A stretch of DNA of 64,000 nt, taken from UHGV virus genome UHGV-1383976. One strand, written 5' to 3'. The notes below the pieces were generated by a model. The model was not told the DNA's origin. It ran no database searches and saw only the letters and a list, made by a program, of their open reading frames with translations. This DNA is from a virus. Below, piece after piece: positions 46,582-56,622 of the stretch (position 1 is the stretch's first letter; each line of letters opens with the position of its first letter). Both the position numbers and the translations under genes were made by a program.

Positions 46582-49500
46582 TTACTCACCCCTTACGTGC
46601 GTTGTAATGCGACCATATTCATCAATGTCTGTTATTTCTTCGATTAGATGATATGGAGTTCGGGAGTATTTCTTTGCCAGAAACCCGTCATCCCTTCTAA
46701 TACCACACACAATAATCTTGTTGCCGCGTGAAAAGATCGATTTTTCAATAATATGCTTCTTTCCATCTGGCTCTCTTTCAGAAATTTGTTTGTCATAATT
46801 CGCAAATGCTTCTCCAAAAATTTTGACTTGAACAACACCATCTTTTGTCAATAACGAAACAATCTTTTTTGCTTTATCTCTATCCAACACAGTCCCGCAA
46901 ATACGATGTATTCTATAAATCGGAATCGGCGCGCTATCACTATCTTTGCCGCGTGGTTTGAAATAAGTTTCAACGTCAGGCTGCTCTTTCAGCTTGAAAA
47001 AGTCTGAAAAACCTTGAGCGCGCTCATCAATATTTTGCAATTCATGCTCATGGAAATAACACGAAACACTATCCATTTCCCACTTACTTATCGAGCCAAG
47101 ACAATACTTATTCCATACATCTCGCGTCAACCGCTCATTCACGGTGTCTAATAACTCGTCGTGATTTTCTTTTATCCATTTGCGAACATTATCCATATAT
47201 TTCTTATAGATTTTATCCCAAGCTGTGATACTAATTTTGAAACCACTTTCAGTTTCATCACTTGTACTCAAACAGTCGAGTGAGAAGTTTTTATCGAGAA
47301 AATTCAACGCGATATTATCCAGTCCATAGAACGAGGAATCTAACTTCATTTTTTTGAGGTATTTCGTGAAATTATAAACACGACGTTCAAAGTCAAGTTT
47401 TTCTGGTAGCATCCCAAAATTTATCAACATTGCCATATTTTGAAGGGTAATGCGTTTTTTTGTATCACTAATTAGGCCGACATATTCACGCATTAGATTT
47501 ACTCTATCGCCAAAGGCATCAAAAGCGCCGCATTTTATAAGGTTTATCATTTGTGGCTTGTTAATTTTGACTTTAGAGAGAAAGTCTGGAATTGATGTGT
47601 AGGGACGATTGGCAATTATGGATTTGACGATGTCTTCGCCGACCTTGACGATGCCGCTCATACCGTAGCGAATTGTTGAGTTTTCAACATCAGGGGAGAA
47701 GGTAAAAGTGGATTTATTGATATCAGGAGGAGAAATAGAAATCCCGGCCATTCGCATCTTACCAATCGCCGACGCAATTTTACCATAGTTGGTTGTTTTG
47801 ACTTTTTTCTTTTTCTTCTTTATATCAATTTTTTCTTCTTCTTCTTCATCATCGTCGTCATCATCTTCGGTGTCATCGACAAATTCTTCAATACAGTTAT
47901 TATAACTATATTCAATAATGTTTTCTGACGTTTCATCTTCATCATCATTTGACTCATTGCCGCCACTATCGCTAATCAAACACGCGCAATTCCAAAAAAT
48001 TGTTGGAAAACGATATGCAAGATTCATTTCCTGCAAAGCTACAAGCGAATAGGAAAGAGTGTGTGCGCGGCAGAATGAATATCCTCTCTGGACTCTGAAC
48101 AAAACATCCCATACATAATGGGCAAGAGTCATATCACAACCTTTTTCTTTTGCATTTTCAAAATAGGCTTTTTCACATTCATCAAAGAGTTTACCTTGTT
48201 TTTTTGCAATCGCCTTTCGACATTTATCCGCAAAAGTCAGATTATTTCCTCCAAGCCTTTCTTCCTGCAGAAGCTGCATCATTCCTTCTTGACTCTCACA
48301 TATACCACTCGTTATCGCATTATGTCCAATTAACCATTTTATATCTTCATTTTTTAATCCATATTGAATCATTTCGTCTTGCCATTCATTGATATTCAAA
48401 CGATATCTTGCCCACATATCAAGTGGCTGCTCGGCTCCTTTTTCAGGAGCCATTAGACGAATTACTGAATTCAAAACAGCTAATTCACTAACGTTTTTAG
48501 GATGAGTTAGTGCTATTCCAGAAATGCCACTTGGCTGTTCCATTTGGAATAAACTGGATATCTTATGATTCCAAACCATTTCCCACATTTCTGGTGCAGT
48601 TCGTTCAAGATTATATATGCCAATTACACTTTCATAAGTTTCACGTAATGTTGGCTTTCGCTCTATATAACCATAATCACATAATAAGTCTAGCTCATTA
48701 TGTATTTTATCAAGGGCTTCAATTGACAACATATCAATTTTGATTAGCGATGCATCCTCCGCATCGTGAAGCTCAAAAGCCGTGATGACTGTGCCATCAG
48801 GCGCGCGAGTTAACGCTGTCGATTCCGTAAAAGGCTCGTCAACGAAGATTACTCCACCGGCGTGAACACCAATGCCGCAAATTAGCCCCTCAATTTTTGA
48901 AGCAACTTCCCAAACATCGCTGTAGGTTTTCATTGCTTCAACAAATTGTTTTACTGGCTTAAAACCTTTGTCTTCATCGCCCTTTATACATTGAGTAAGT
49001 GAGCGAAGTTGCCCACGATCGGCTGGAATCAGAGACGCCAAATAGGATGCTATATCAACATCAATTCCCAAGCCGCGGCAGGCCGTTAAAATTGCCGATT
49101 TAGATTTTTCTGTTTTGAATGTAATAACATTCGCAACTCTGTCTTCTCCATAAAACTCACGGAACTTCTGTAAAACTTGTGCGCGACGTCCACCTTCAAT
49201 ATCGGTATCGACATCCAATACTGAAGCTCGTTCGGGATTAAGAAAACGCCAATGAAATACTTGAGTTTCTTCTTGGACTGGATTTATCTGTGTTATATCC
49301 AATGCATATAACAAAGTAAATCCTGCACCCGAACCACGCCCCGGCCCGACAAGAGAACCAGCTTCCCAACATAAATCAATATTTTTCTGCAGATTCAGAA
49401 AATAAGTCGACCAATGTGTATGATTCGTTATTGACGAACGCCATGTATCATCAAGACAAATATTTATCTCATCATACGCTCGTTTGTTCTGCAAGCCCGG

Positions 49501-50571
49501 CTTCCGCTGGATGCCATCAATAATCGCCCAAACCAGTTTTCTATCACCCCAATAATCAGAGTTATAGAAAGTTTCCAAATAAGGGATTTCTTGTTTGAGA
49601 ATATCATATGCTGCCTCATCTTCAGGAAAAGTTTTCCAATAAAGTTCTGGAATTTTTAAGGGCCGCATTAGTGAAAAATCCTCACACATTTCACCTATTT
49701 TGAGAATATTGCAATATGCGAGTTGAAGTTGCTCTTCAGTGAAATAGTTGAAATACTCTTCTATTTCTTTTGTATCCATAAGATACGTAGTTGCATAGAA
49801 ATCATCTACTTCTCGCTCACCATTTTGTGCATTAAGATATGCTTTATGAATCGCGCAGTCTTCTTTTTTGAGATAATGGCTGTCAGTTGTTATAACATAG
49901 GAAATGTCATATTTAACTGATAATTCAAGCAACTTCTTATTTACATAAATCTGCTCTTTGTTATAACTTGGTTGCATTTCAAAAAAGAAATTACCGTGCC
50001 CAAAAAGTTTATCCAAAGACAAAATCCAGTTTTCAATTTTGCCATTGAGTGAGCTATCATTTCGCGCTTTGAGAAGCTGAGTAGGAAGACAGCCGCCAAG
50101 ACAAGCTGTCATTCCCACAATATGCCCCGGATTGGCTCCCACGATTTCAAACAAATCACTATAATAAGTTGGCATACGACGCATACCTCGCGCCATATAA
50201 CTACGCAATCCTGCGCGAGTAGATAATTCTCTAATTTGTTTATGCCCGATTGCATCTTTAGCTAACAAGATAAAATGATAATATTTATCTTGTCCCGCAA
50301 TAAAATTCGATGCGTTTAACCCATTTCGACAAAGATAAATTTCATTTCCTTGAATGAATTTGAAATCAGGACATTTTTCTTTTACTTTTTTATAATACTT
50401 TTCTGCCTTAATCGCGCCAGATATTGATTCATGGTCTGTAAGAGCGACGACTTTATGACCTAACTCGATGGCGCGATCAATTAGGTCTGAGACTTTTATT
50501 ATACAGTCTCGAAGCCTTTCATTAGAATAATCCGAATGATTATGTAGCGATCCGGGATACGGAATATTCAA
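46582..50571 (-). CDS. DNA polymerase III alpha-like replicative polymerase with N-terminal PHP domain (1329 aa)
   Basis: PHP motifs (YPGSLHNHSDYS, VALTDHESISG). DnaE-like size. Internal acidic/basic low-complexity insert (DDTEDDDDDDEEEEEKIDIKKKKKK). TTG start with AAAGGAAAGGGG RBS. Confidence 0.8.
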   Translation of the reverse strand: MNIPYPGSLHNHSDYSNERLRDCIIKVSDLIDRAIELGHKVVALTDHESISGAIKAEKYYKKVKEKCPDFKFIQGNEIYLCRNGLNASNFIAGQDKYYHFILLAKDAIGHKQIRELSTRAGLRSYMARGMRRMPTYYSDLFEIVGANPGHIVGMTACLGGCLPTQLLKARNDSSLNGKIENWILSLDKLFGHGNFFFEMQPSYNKEQIYVNKKLLELSVKYDISYVITTDSHYLKKEDCAIHKAYLNAQNGEREVDDFYATTYLMDTKEIEEYFNYFTEEQLQLAYCNILKIGEMCEDFSLMRPLKIPELYWKTFPEDEAAYDILKQEIPYLETFYNSDYWGDRKLVWAIIDGIQRKPGLQNKRAYDEINICLDDTWRSSITNHTHWSTYFLNLQKNIDLCWEAGSLVGPGRGSGAGFTLLYALDITQINPVQEETQVFHWRFLNPERASVLDVDTDIEGGRRAQVLQKFREFYGEDRVANVITFKTEKSKSAILTACRGLGIDVDIASYLASLIPADRGQLRSLTQCIKGDEDKGFKPVKQFVEAMKTYSDVWEVASKIEGLICGIGVHAGGVIFVDEPFTESTALTRAPDGTVITAFELHDAEDASLIKIDMLSIEALDKIHNELDLLCDYGYIERKPTLRETYESVIGIYNLERTAPEMWEMVWNHKISSLFQMEQPSGISGIALTHPKNVSELAVLNSVIRLMAPEKGAEQPLDMWARYRLNINEWQDEMIQYGLKNEDIKWLIGHNAITSGICESQEGMMQLLQEERLGGNNLTFADKCRKAIAKKQGKLFDECEKAYFENAKEKGCDMTLAHYVWDVLFRVQRGYSFCRAHTLSYSLVALQEMNLAYRFPTIFWNCACLISDSGGNESNDDEDETSENIIEYSYNNCIEEFVDDTEDDDDDDEEEEEKIDIKKKKKKVKTTNYGKIASAIGKMRMAGISISPPDINKSTFTFSPDVENSTIRYGMSGIVKVGEDIVKSIIANRPYTSIPDFLSKVKINKPQMINLIKCGAFDAFGDRVNLMREYVGLISDTKKRITLQNMAMLINFGMLPEKLDFERRVYNFTKYLKKMKLDSSFYGLDNIALNFLDKNFSLDCLSTSDETESGFKISITAWDKIYKKYMDNVRKWIKENHDELLDTVNERLTRDVWNKYCLGSISKWEMDSVSCYFHEHELQNIDERAQGFSDFFKLKEQPDVETYFKPRGKDSDSAPIPIYRIHRICGTVLDRDKAKKIVSLLTKDGVVQVKIFGEAFANYDKQISEREPDGKKHIIEKSIFSRGNKIIVCGIRRDDGFLAKKYSRTPYHLIEEITDIDEYGRITTHVRGE

Positions 50572-50603
50572 CTTATCACCCCTTTCCTTTATTTTCTATA
50601 TAT

Positions 50604-50632
50604 ATTATATCAAAAATTAGCCTAAAAGTCAA
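50604..50632 (-). promoter_or_regulatory. sigma-70-like promoter (minus) TTGACT-17-TATAAT upstream of polymerase gene
   Basis: Minus-strand reading TTGACTTTTAGGCTAATTTTTGATATAAT. Confidence 0.7.
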
Positions 50633-50634
50633 AC

Positions 50635-51729
50635 TTAAAAGCTCCACTCCGCGTTTTCGACTTCAACATCTACGATTTGCAATTGGGGGGTGTAATTTCC
50701 TAACCATTCATTAACATTGGGTTTACCCACAATTGTTAAACACATTTCAGGCCATTTATGAAGCTTTTCAATCAAGTCTTTTGCACGGAACTTTATGTAG
50801 GTAATTCCATTTTTTTCAATTCGTATTGTATCTTGATTCTTGCCGATTATTTTTACATCATCGGGTTTTATATAGAGGTTTGTTATCGCTATAAGACTCT
50901 GAGGATTATTTTGACCCCAAACTCTTTCGTAGCGTGCCAAATCAAAAATAATGTTGCTTATATCACTATCACTTGCCTTGCGAACGAAATCGACGTCATA
51001 GTTATTATTACCAAAGTCATAAGATGCCAATTGGGTATTAGAAAGATTCAGTAGTTCATTGCGGCTGTTGGCTGGAATAGCAAACCCAGCAGCGTTAGCG
51101 TGCCCTTGCACATAGTCAAACAATGACGTATCTAACAAATAGTCTTTGAACGACGTGAGCGCACTCTGCGAAAGTCCTCTAATACTTCCCTTTATCATTC
51201 CATCTGAGCCTTCGCGTCCTATCATTGTTGGCTTATGGTATCGCGCGCTAAGTTGCGTGGCAATTAGACCATTCAGCTCAGGAGGAAAGTCATCATCGTC
51301 ATCAAGTTTAACAAACAAAATTTTATTTTCTAGCAAATCATACTTGTGTATCTTATACTCAAGTTGCTCGGTTGCTTTTTCTTTTGCCTTATCTTGATGC
51401 GACTTTGCATTTGTACATTCGCGCGTGCTTTCAATTGCGAGCTTTTCAAGTGTTCCTTTTGCCCCGCGCTTGCCACTTGGCACAAGTGTTTCACCCATAA
51501 CAACTGCACGATAAAGGCGCTCTTTTTCCTCTTGAGAACCTACACGAATCATTGCATTTATCAATGGTGTTATGTAAAATGCAACAGTTGTCGGATTGAT
51601 CTCACCGCCCATTGAGTAGGACTGTTTTTCAACAAGAGTTTTGAGAAAAAAGTTTTGTATGTTAGAACAACCACGCTGAACAATAAATTGATTTTCATAA
51701 GACAACATACTCATCATATCGCTTATGCT
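50635..51729 (-). CDS. Exon 2 of split DHH-family (RecJ-like) phosphoesterase: linker + DHHA1 domain
   Basis: DHHA1 signature GHANAAGFAIP. N-terminal SDMMSMLSYENQFIVQRG aligns with the RecJ ADVVPLDGENRILVKQG continuation after motif IV. An in-frame stop at 51730-51732 lies upstream. Confidence 0.6.
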   Translation of the reverse strand, partial: SISDMMSMLSYENQFIVQRGCSNIQNFFLKTLVEKQSYSMGGEINPTTVAFYITPLINAMIRVGSQEEKERLYRAVVMGETLVPSGKRGAKGTLEKLAIESTRECTNAKSHQDKAKEKATEQLEYKIHKYDLLENKILFVKLDDDDDFPPELNGLIATQLSARYHKPTMIGREGSDGMIKGSIRGLSQSALTSFKDYLLDTSLFDYVQGHANAAGFAIPANSRNELLNLSNTQLASYDFGNNNYDVDFVRKASDSDISNIIFDLARYERVWGQNNPQSLIAITNLYIKPDDVKIIGKNQDTIRIEKNGITYIKFRAKDLIEKLHKWPEMCLTIVGKPNVNEWLGNYTPQLQIVDVEVENAEWSF

Positions 51730-52717
51730 TTAGCCTATATGTTTCCATATAGAATAGACTATCTTTTGCTATAAAAATATAGTGTGTCTCTTTCGATTTT
51801 CAAAGGTTTCATTTCTTAACACCTTGCTACGTATCAATAGTAGCTCTACTCCCCAGCATTTCAACCTAAGGGATAGTCGTTACAGGCTTATTTTACGTGC
51901 TTCCATGTTATATTATCGCAGACTCGTGAAATAGTAATATAAGAAACAAAAGAATATTGTTGACTAATTTGAGTTTTTGTTTTTCCTTGAGAATAAAGAT
52001 TTCGAATATTACGGACGTCCTGCTCCGTCAGTTTGGCTTTGACATTATTTTCTCCTCTATTTGCGATTGATGAATACTCTTGACGAGTTTTCTTTTCTGC
52101 AAATAATTCTTGTCCAATTTCAGGGTATGTTGTTCCCAACCAAACTTTTTCAAATACAGAGAACTTTCTGTCAGAAAAGTCTCTATATACTTCGCATTTT
52201 CTTTCCCCGTTTTTCTTCCTTTTTCTAATCCATAAAATTTCTTCATCAGAAAAAGAACGTCTAGTTTTTCTTTTTTCTTGCCCGCCTTCGGTTAAATTAT
52301 ATCCAAAATCTTTTTCATTCGCTCGGAAATATTTTATCCAGTATTTTTCTTTTTCATCTAATTCTTCGGGCAAACATTCTTCAAGGATAACAATTCTTTC
52401 TACTCGACCAAAATATTTTTTTATAGCTAAATCACAAGCCTGTTTATTTGAGCTGGGAGTATTATGCTCCCACATCCGTCTTTTTATATTAATACTTTGT
52501 CCAATATAACATTTATTATTTGGAAAATCAATCTTGTAAATACCACAAATATTTTGCTCTAAATCAGAAATTATAACTTGTTTCATAGTCCTCCTTTTTG
52601 GAGGCACGTAAAAAATTCCCACGGGATTACCATGCTTTTCAGTTTAGGTTTCCCCGTTAGCATATATTTCTATATACCCTTACTGATAAGTAAGAAAAGA
52701 CACATTCGCACCATTCA
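51730..52717 (-). mobile_element. Group I intron (td-like architecture) with GIY-YIG homing endonuclease ORF in a peripheral loop; boundaries approximate
   Basis: Separates the DHH and DHHA1 halves of one gene. 5' part has an acggggaa...aaucccgug pairing like T4 td P4-P5. 3' part has acgacuaucccuuagg (P7-like, G-binding GACUA). HEG is preceded by its own AAGGAGG RBS. Confidence 0.6.
51888..52586 (-). CDS. GIY-YIG homing endonuclease (intron-encoded)
   Basis: GIYKIDFPNNKCYIGQS...R..EH motif. Start at internal ATG (MKQVIIS) with AAGGAGG RBS; track ORF extends to a GTG at 52622. Coordinates +/-1. Confidence 0.8.
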   Translation of the reverse strand: MKQVIISDLEQNICGIYKIDFPNNKCYIGQSINIKRRMWEHNTPSSNKQACDLAIKKYFGRVERIVILEECLPEELDEKEKYWIKYFRANEKDFGYNLTEGGQEKRKTRRSFSDEEILWIRKRKKNGERKCEVYRDFSDRKFSVFEKVWLGTTYPEIGQELFAEKKTRQEYSSIANRGENNVKAKLTEQDVRNIRNLYSQGKTKTQISQQYSFVSYITISRVCDNITWKHVK

Positions 52718-53344
52718 GTCGATGCCTAATGCAGCTAAATCTGTATAATTCCAAGCCCAATCGTGTCCAAATGCATCATCAAGTGCTCTACAAAACTGCC
52801 ATACAACACCAGCACCACATAGGTCTTTATTCTTGTAGGCGAAGCTTGTCTGATTATTTATAAGAATCATATTGGACGGGATTTCACTTATAGGTTCTAA
52901 TTCGTGATGGTCAAGAACCAATACGGGGCAATCTAATTGTTTAATATACTCGCCATCATTAGTCCCGGCATCTGGAATTAGAACACCGCTCCAACTATGT
53001 TCAAGTAATTGTTCCATCACATCACTACAACCGTGCTGCTTACCACTATGTATTATCTGTATAATATGTTTTACAGGATTGAGTCGCTTTATATATTGAT
53101 AAATAATGCCACTTGATGTCAAGCCATCAGCGTCGCAATCACAAATAATAGCCAGTGGTTTTTCATCATCAATGTTTTGCTTGATAAATTCAATACCCTT
53201 ATCCACATTGTCAAGTGCCCGCCAGCTTTGCAGGCAGGTTTCGTCAGGATTCAAGAACAGCTCAACATTTTCAATCCCTCTAAGCCGTAAAATTTGTTCT
53301 CCATAATTATCATATATTCCATCATTTGTCAATTTATATTTCAC
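52715..53344 (-). CDS. Exon 1 of split DHH-family (RecJ-like) phosphoesterase: DHH domain
   Basis: Motif I ICDCDADG, DHH motif LVLDHHE, motif IV-like CGAGVVWQF; GTG start; ORF terminates at a stop a few codons into the intron. Confidence 0.7.
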   Translation of the reverse strand: MKYKLTNDGIYDNYGEQILRLRGIENVELFLNPDETCLQSWRALDNVDKGIEFIKQNIDDEKPLAIICDCDADGLTSSGIIYQYIKRLNPVKHIIQIIHSGKQHGCSDVMEQLLEHSWSGVLIPDAGTNDGEYIKQLDCPVLVLDHHELEPISEIPSNMILINNQTSFAYKNKDLCGAGVVWQFCRALDDAFGHDWAWNYTDLAALGID

Positions 53345-54387
53345 TGCACTTTTACCCTCCTACGTAGCAGTTCACGAAAAATCTTTTCGCCTTTATCAGT
53401 GGGACTATCCTTTGGCTCAGTAAGTCCATCTCTATCATAAATAAAAGAAAAATTAATAAGTTTACTATACTTTTTACACATTGTGTAGAGCTTGTTGAAA
53501 TATATATATTCGCCGGGTTTTTCTTCATTATCAAAACAAAGAACAACTTCATCTGGACGCCCAATCTTGATAATTTCACGCATTGTCCATTTATTCAAAT
53601 GAGAACCACATACTGCAACCGAGCAATTGTTCATATTGAAACTCTCTTGCTGAAGGACGGACTTTTCTCCTTCATATATATAGCAGATATGATCTTGTTT
53701 TATCTTTTGTTTATTCTGATAAAGTCCATATGGGTTAAGGGAAAGCGGATGGCTATACCAAATTCCTTCAACCTGAACTGGCATATATTTACCCACATTT
53801 TCAACTTCCCATGAATTGAGCGCACGTCCTCTTATTCCAACTAACTCTCCGTTTATATTATAATGAGGAATTATAATTTTGTTCTGGCTTATCGAATAAC
53901 GAATATCAAACTTATCCATTGCTTCTTTTGTAATTCCATCATTCAACCATTCGGGTGGATAAAACTTTGTAAATACGTCTAAGACACGTTTATCATAGAT
54001 CTTCAATTCTTTTGGTTTTTGTGGTTTATACTTGTCTTTCTCACTTACATATGGTTGAATCAAAAATGAACGTTCAGCCGCTGTGTAAGTAGAACAATTC
54101 AGCGCAGGAAGTAAAATATCATTATGCCAATCATACAAGATGTTTCTTGTGTCATAATAATGTTTTAAAAAACTAAAAATTGACATATTGCCGCACTCAC
54201 TATAACAAACAAATAAATGCGTGTCAAAATAATAGTATAATTTTGGACTTCCTTCGTATGCGTTATGACAAATTGTTGTGCAGACTAAACAATTATCTTT
54301 TCTCTGGACATCACCACCAAGTTGCCGGAGTAGATTTTCTACCCCATCTGGCGTTAGTCCTTTTACAATGCCTTCGTAATCAATCAA
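53341..54387 (-). CDS. DnaG-like DNA primase (zinc-binding domain + TOPRIM)
   Basis: ZBD CxxCH...FVCYSECGNMSIFSF resembles DnaG CPFH...HCFGCG..I.F; TOPRIM-like YEGEKS and LCFDNEE; TTG start with GAAAGG RBS; overlaps helicase gene. Confidence 0.6.
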   Translation of the reverse strand: MIDYEGIVKGLTPDGVENLLRQLGGDVQRKDNCLVCTTICHNAYEGSPKLYYYFDTHLFVCYSECGNMSIFSFLKHYYDTRNILYDWHNDILLPALNCSTYTAAERSFLIQPYVSEKDKYKPQKPKELKIYDKRVLDVFTKFYPPEWLNDGITKEAMDKFDIRYSISQNKIIIPHYNINGELVGIRGRALNSWEVENVGKYMPVQVEGIWYSHPLSLNPYGLYQNKQKIKQDHICYIYEGEKSVLQQESFNMNNCSVAVCGSHLNKWTMREIIKIGRPDEVVLCFDNEEKPGEYIYFNKLYTMCKKYSKLINFSFIYDRDGLTEPKDSPTDKGEKIFRELLRRRVKVQ

Positions 54388-55939
54388 TCTTATTCAACCT
54401 TTCTATCAGTTCTTTTATTTCATTTGCTTCACTATCATCCCAATTATATACTTCAATTTCATTGACAACAAAGTCATCAAGTGGTTCCAACAAAGAGTTT
54501 GTAATAAACAAATCTTTCTTTTTCAAACGCCCCAAATCAACATATGACCAAATGCGCGTTTGCGTCCATCGCCCGCTTCTCAATTTATAAACATCGGCAA
54601 CCTGATTGGGCGTTCCATACATACTGATAAAATTATCCTTTAGAATTAGCAATTCATCATTTGTTGGGCGCGACATAATCAAACCATTATCTGCCTTATT
54701 GATAATTGCACGGCTACCCGCAAGAGAAGATTCATTTCTTATGTCTTTGTTATCATCGGCTTTTGCATTTACTTGCGTTGAAGTAAAAACCGCAACATTC
54801 AACTCAACTGCTAAATTTTTCAGTGCGGTTGTCATAAACAAAAGCAACTCATCATTTCTAAGTGCAGCTCCTTTGAACTCATTTACTAACGAAGGACTTA
54901 TGAAAATATAGTCGTAAAATACAACATCAACTTCATTTATAATACACTGGTCGCGCACAACTGCATTTATGAGTTCAATTGTTGGCTCTGGCATACGTAT
55001 AACAATAAAGCTTTTTTCATATTGCTTCATTATTTCAAGGGCTTGTTTGATGATGCGCTGTTCTGTCTTATCAAAATTTGCATAGCGAAATCTATCTTCA
55101 TTGATGTCAGTGAGGTAAGCTAGAACCATTTTTTGAATCTCTTTTTTCTGCTGCTCCGTTATAATAAATAGAACTTTTTGCGTATTACCGCACTGAATCC
55201 ATTTACCATTCTCTGTATTATAACGAATAGGATAAGCAAGATAACAAGCATCCATTACTGCAGTACGCGTCTTACCAAGGCCGCTACTCGCTGAACGAAC
55301 TGTCAAAGTTCCTTTTAACGCGCCATTCATTATCTCATTACAAATCGCGCCCTGTATTGGATAACCAATTTCTTCTGTGGAGCCAAAACTTTCAACCAAT
55401 TCCTCAATGCCATCCGCGAGACTTTCAATTTCAACTTCTTCGCCAGCCGCATATTCACTTTCCAAATGAACAAGTTGCTTTTTTAGACCTTTGATGATAT
55501 CTTGCGGCGTCAGTTCTTTGAATCTCTCATTTATCTCACTTGCACGTGGAGCCGTCAAATCTTTCTCATAGAATGACTTGACACTATATCCTTGCTTTTC
55601 AAGATCTGTCATTAAATTGAACTTTTTGAGTTGGTTATAATAAAAGCCGAAGTTTTCAACTTCTGCCAACTCAATCAAATCCTGAACTCTTTCAAGCCCA
55701 TTTGACTGTTCAAATAAAGACTTTGACATTGGATCTTGTCCAAAAACTCCTTCAATATCAATCGGCCTTATTTTAGGAGCGCCGCTCGTGTATAACATAT
55801 AAATGGCTTTGAAAACTCGTCTATCAAACTTATCCTCAAAGTCCAGCGGTGTCAATGAATATTTGTCTGTTTCGTTTAGGAGTTTAGGCTGAAGAATCAA
55901 ACCGCCAAGAACCTGATTTATAGAAGTGCGGTCAATCAA
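54380..55939 (-). CDS. dnaB: DnaB-family replicative helicase
   Basis: N-terminal DnaB-like INQVLGGLIL. Walker A GLGKT and RecA-like core. TTG start with GGAGG RBS overlapping the upstream gene. Confidence 0.85.
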   Translation of the reverse strand: MIDRTSINQVLGGLILQPKLLNETDKYSLTPLDFEDKFDRRVFKAIYMLYTSGAPKIRPIDIEGVFGQDPMSKSLFEQSNGLERVQDLIELAEVENFGFYYNQLKKFNLMTDLEKQGYSVKSFYEKDLTAPRASEINERFKELTPQDIIKGLKKQLVHLESEYAAGEEVEIESLADGIEELVESFGSTEEIGYPIQGAICNEIMNGALKGTLTVRSASSGLGKTRTAVMDACYLAYPIRYNTENGKWIQCGNTQKVLFIITEQQKKEIQKMVLAYLTDINEDRFRYANFDKTEQRIIKQALEIMKQYEKSFIVIRMPEPTIELINAVVRDQCIINEVDVVFYDYIFISPSLVNEFKGAALRNDELLLFMTTALKNLAVELNVAVFTSTQVNAKADDNKDIRNESSLAGSRAIINKADNGLIMSRPTNDELLILKDNFISMYGTPNQVADVYKLRSGRWTQTRIWSYVDLGRLKKKDLFITNSLLEPLDDFVVNEIEVYNWDDSEANEIKELIERLNKID

Positions 55940-56511
55940 TCTTCATCATCCTCCATTGAATAAGTTTTACGATTATTTTTCTTTTTGAAAGTGGTTTGTC
56001 GCACAATCTGTTTCTGTGCTTCAGCTTGTTTTTTCGCTTGCTCTTCAATTCGTTTGATAATATCACTGTCACGCTGATTCTGCTGTTTCCAATATTCGCG
56101 TGAATCGTCATAAATATAATCTACAATTCCGATCGCGCCATTAGAACGTTCAACTGAGTTTTTCTTTATGTCGTAAAAATATACAAGTGCAAAATAAATA
56201 CCTTTCGGAGTACGTTTCTTTTTAAGATTTGATTGCCATTGTTTGTCAAATAATGGATAATTGACAGCTATCTTTAAATGATTCTTCAAGAAATAATATG
56301 TACTATCTTTCCATTCAGTCTCTGACGCTGTATCCGTTATTTTTTTTGTCTTTCTAAGCTCCATTGCTTTTGGATAACATTCGGTGTGATAAAACCACTT
56401 TGTTGGACTTTCAATCCACGTACCTTCTGGCACGACATTTCGGTCAAACTTTTTGTGGCAATGGCGGCACTCGACTTCTCTTTTTGGATATTTCAATTGT
56501 GTTTTTGCCAC
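55936..56511 (-). CDS. Hypothetical zinc-finger protein (191 aa; CRHCHKKF...)
   Basis: GTG start with AAAGGAG RBS directly downstream of the promoter at 56537. Confidence 0.5.
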   Translation of the reverse strand: MAKTQLKYPKREVECRHCHKKFDRNVVPEGTWIESPTKWFYHTECYPKAMELRKTKKITDTASETEWKDSTYYFLKNHLKIAVNYPLFDKQWQSNLKKKRTPKGIYFALVYFYDIKKNSVERSNGAIGIVDYIYDDSREYWKQQNQRDSDIIKRIEEQAKKQAEAQKQIVRQTTFKKKNNRKTYSMEDDED

Positions 56512-56536
56512 TTTCTCACTCCTTTCATATATAAAT

Positions 56537-56565
56537 ATTATATCACAATTTTTCTAAAAAGTCAA
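56537..56565 (-). promoter_or_regulatory. sigma-70-like promoter (minus) TTGACT-17-TATAAT
   Basis: Minus-strand reading TTGACTTTTTAGAAAAATTGTGATATAAT. Confidence 0.7.
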
Positions 56566-56570
56566 ATTAG

Positions 56571-56603
56571 AAAAGGGGCGACTACAATATAAAGTAGTCG
56601 CCC
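56571..56603 (-). terminator. Rho-independent terminator (minus) after ATPase gene
   Basis: gggcgactac-aatataaa-gtagtcgccc perfect 10-bp stem, followed on the minus strand by cttttctaattt. Confidence 0.7.
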
Positions 56604-56622
56604 GTGAGCAGTTATACAATAT

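Noticed and set aside
52584-52622. One-nucleotide disagreement between my manual reading of the GIY-YIG 5' end and the ORF track
   Set aside because: Attributed to my transcription error in homopolymer runs; the track frame (which gives the coherent GIY-YIG motif) was trusted, and coordinates there are given as +/-1
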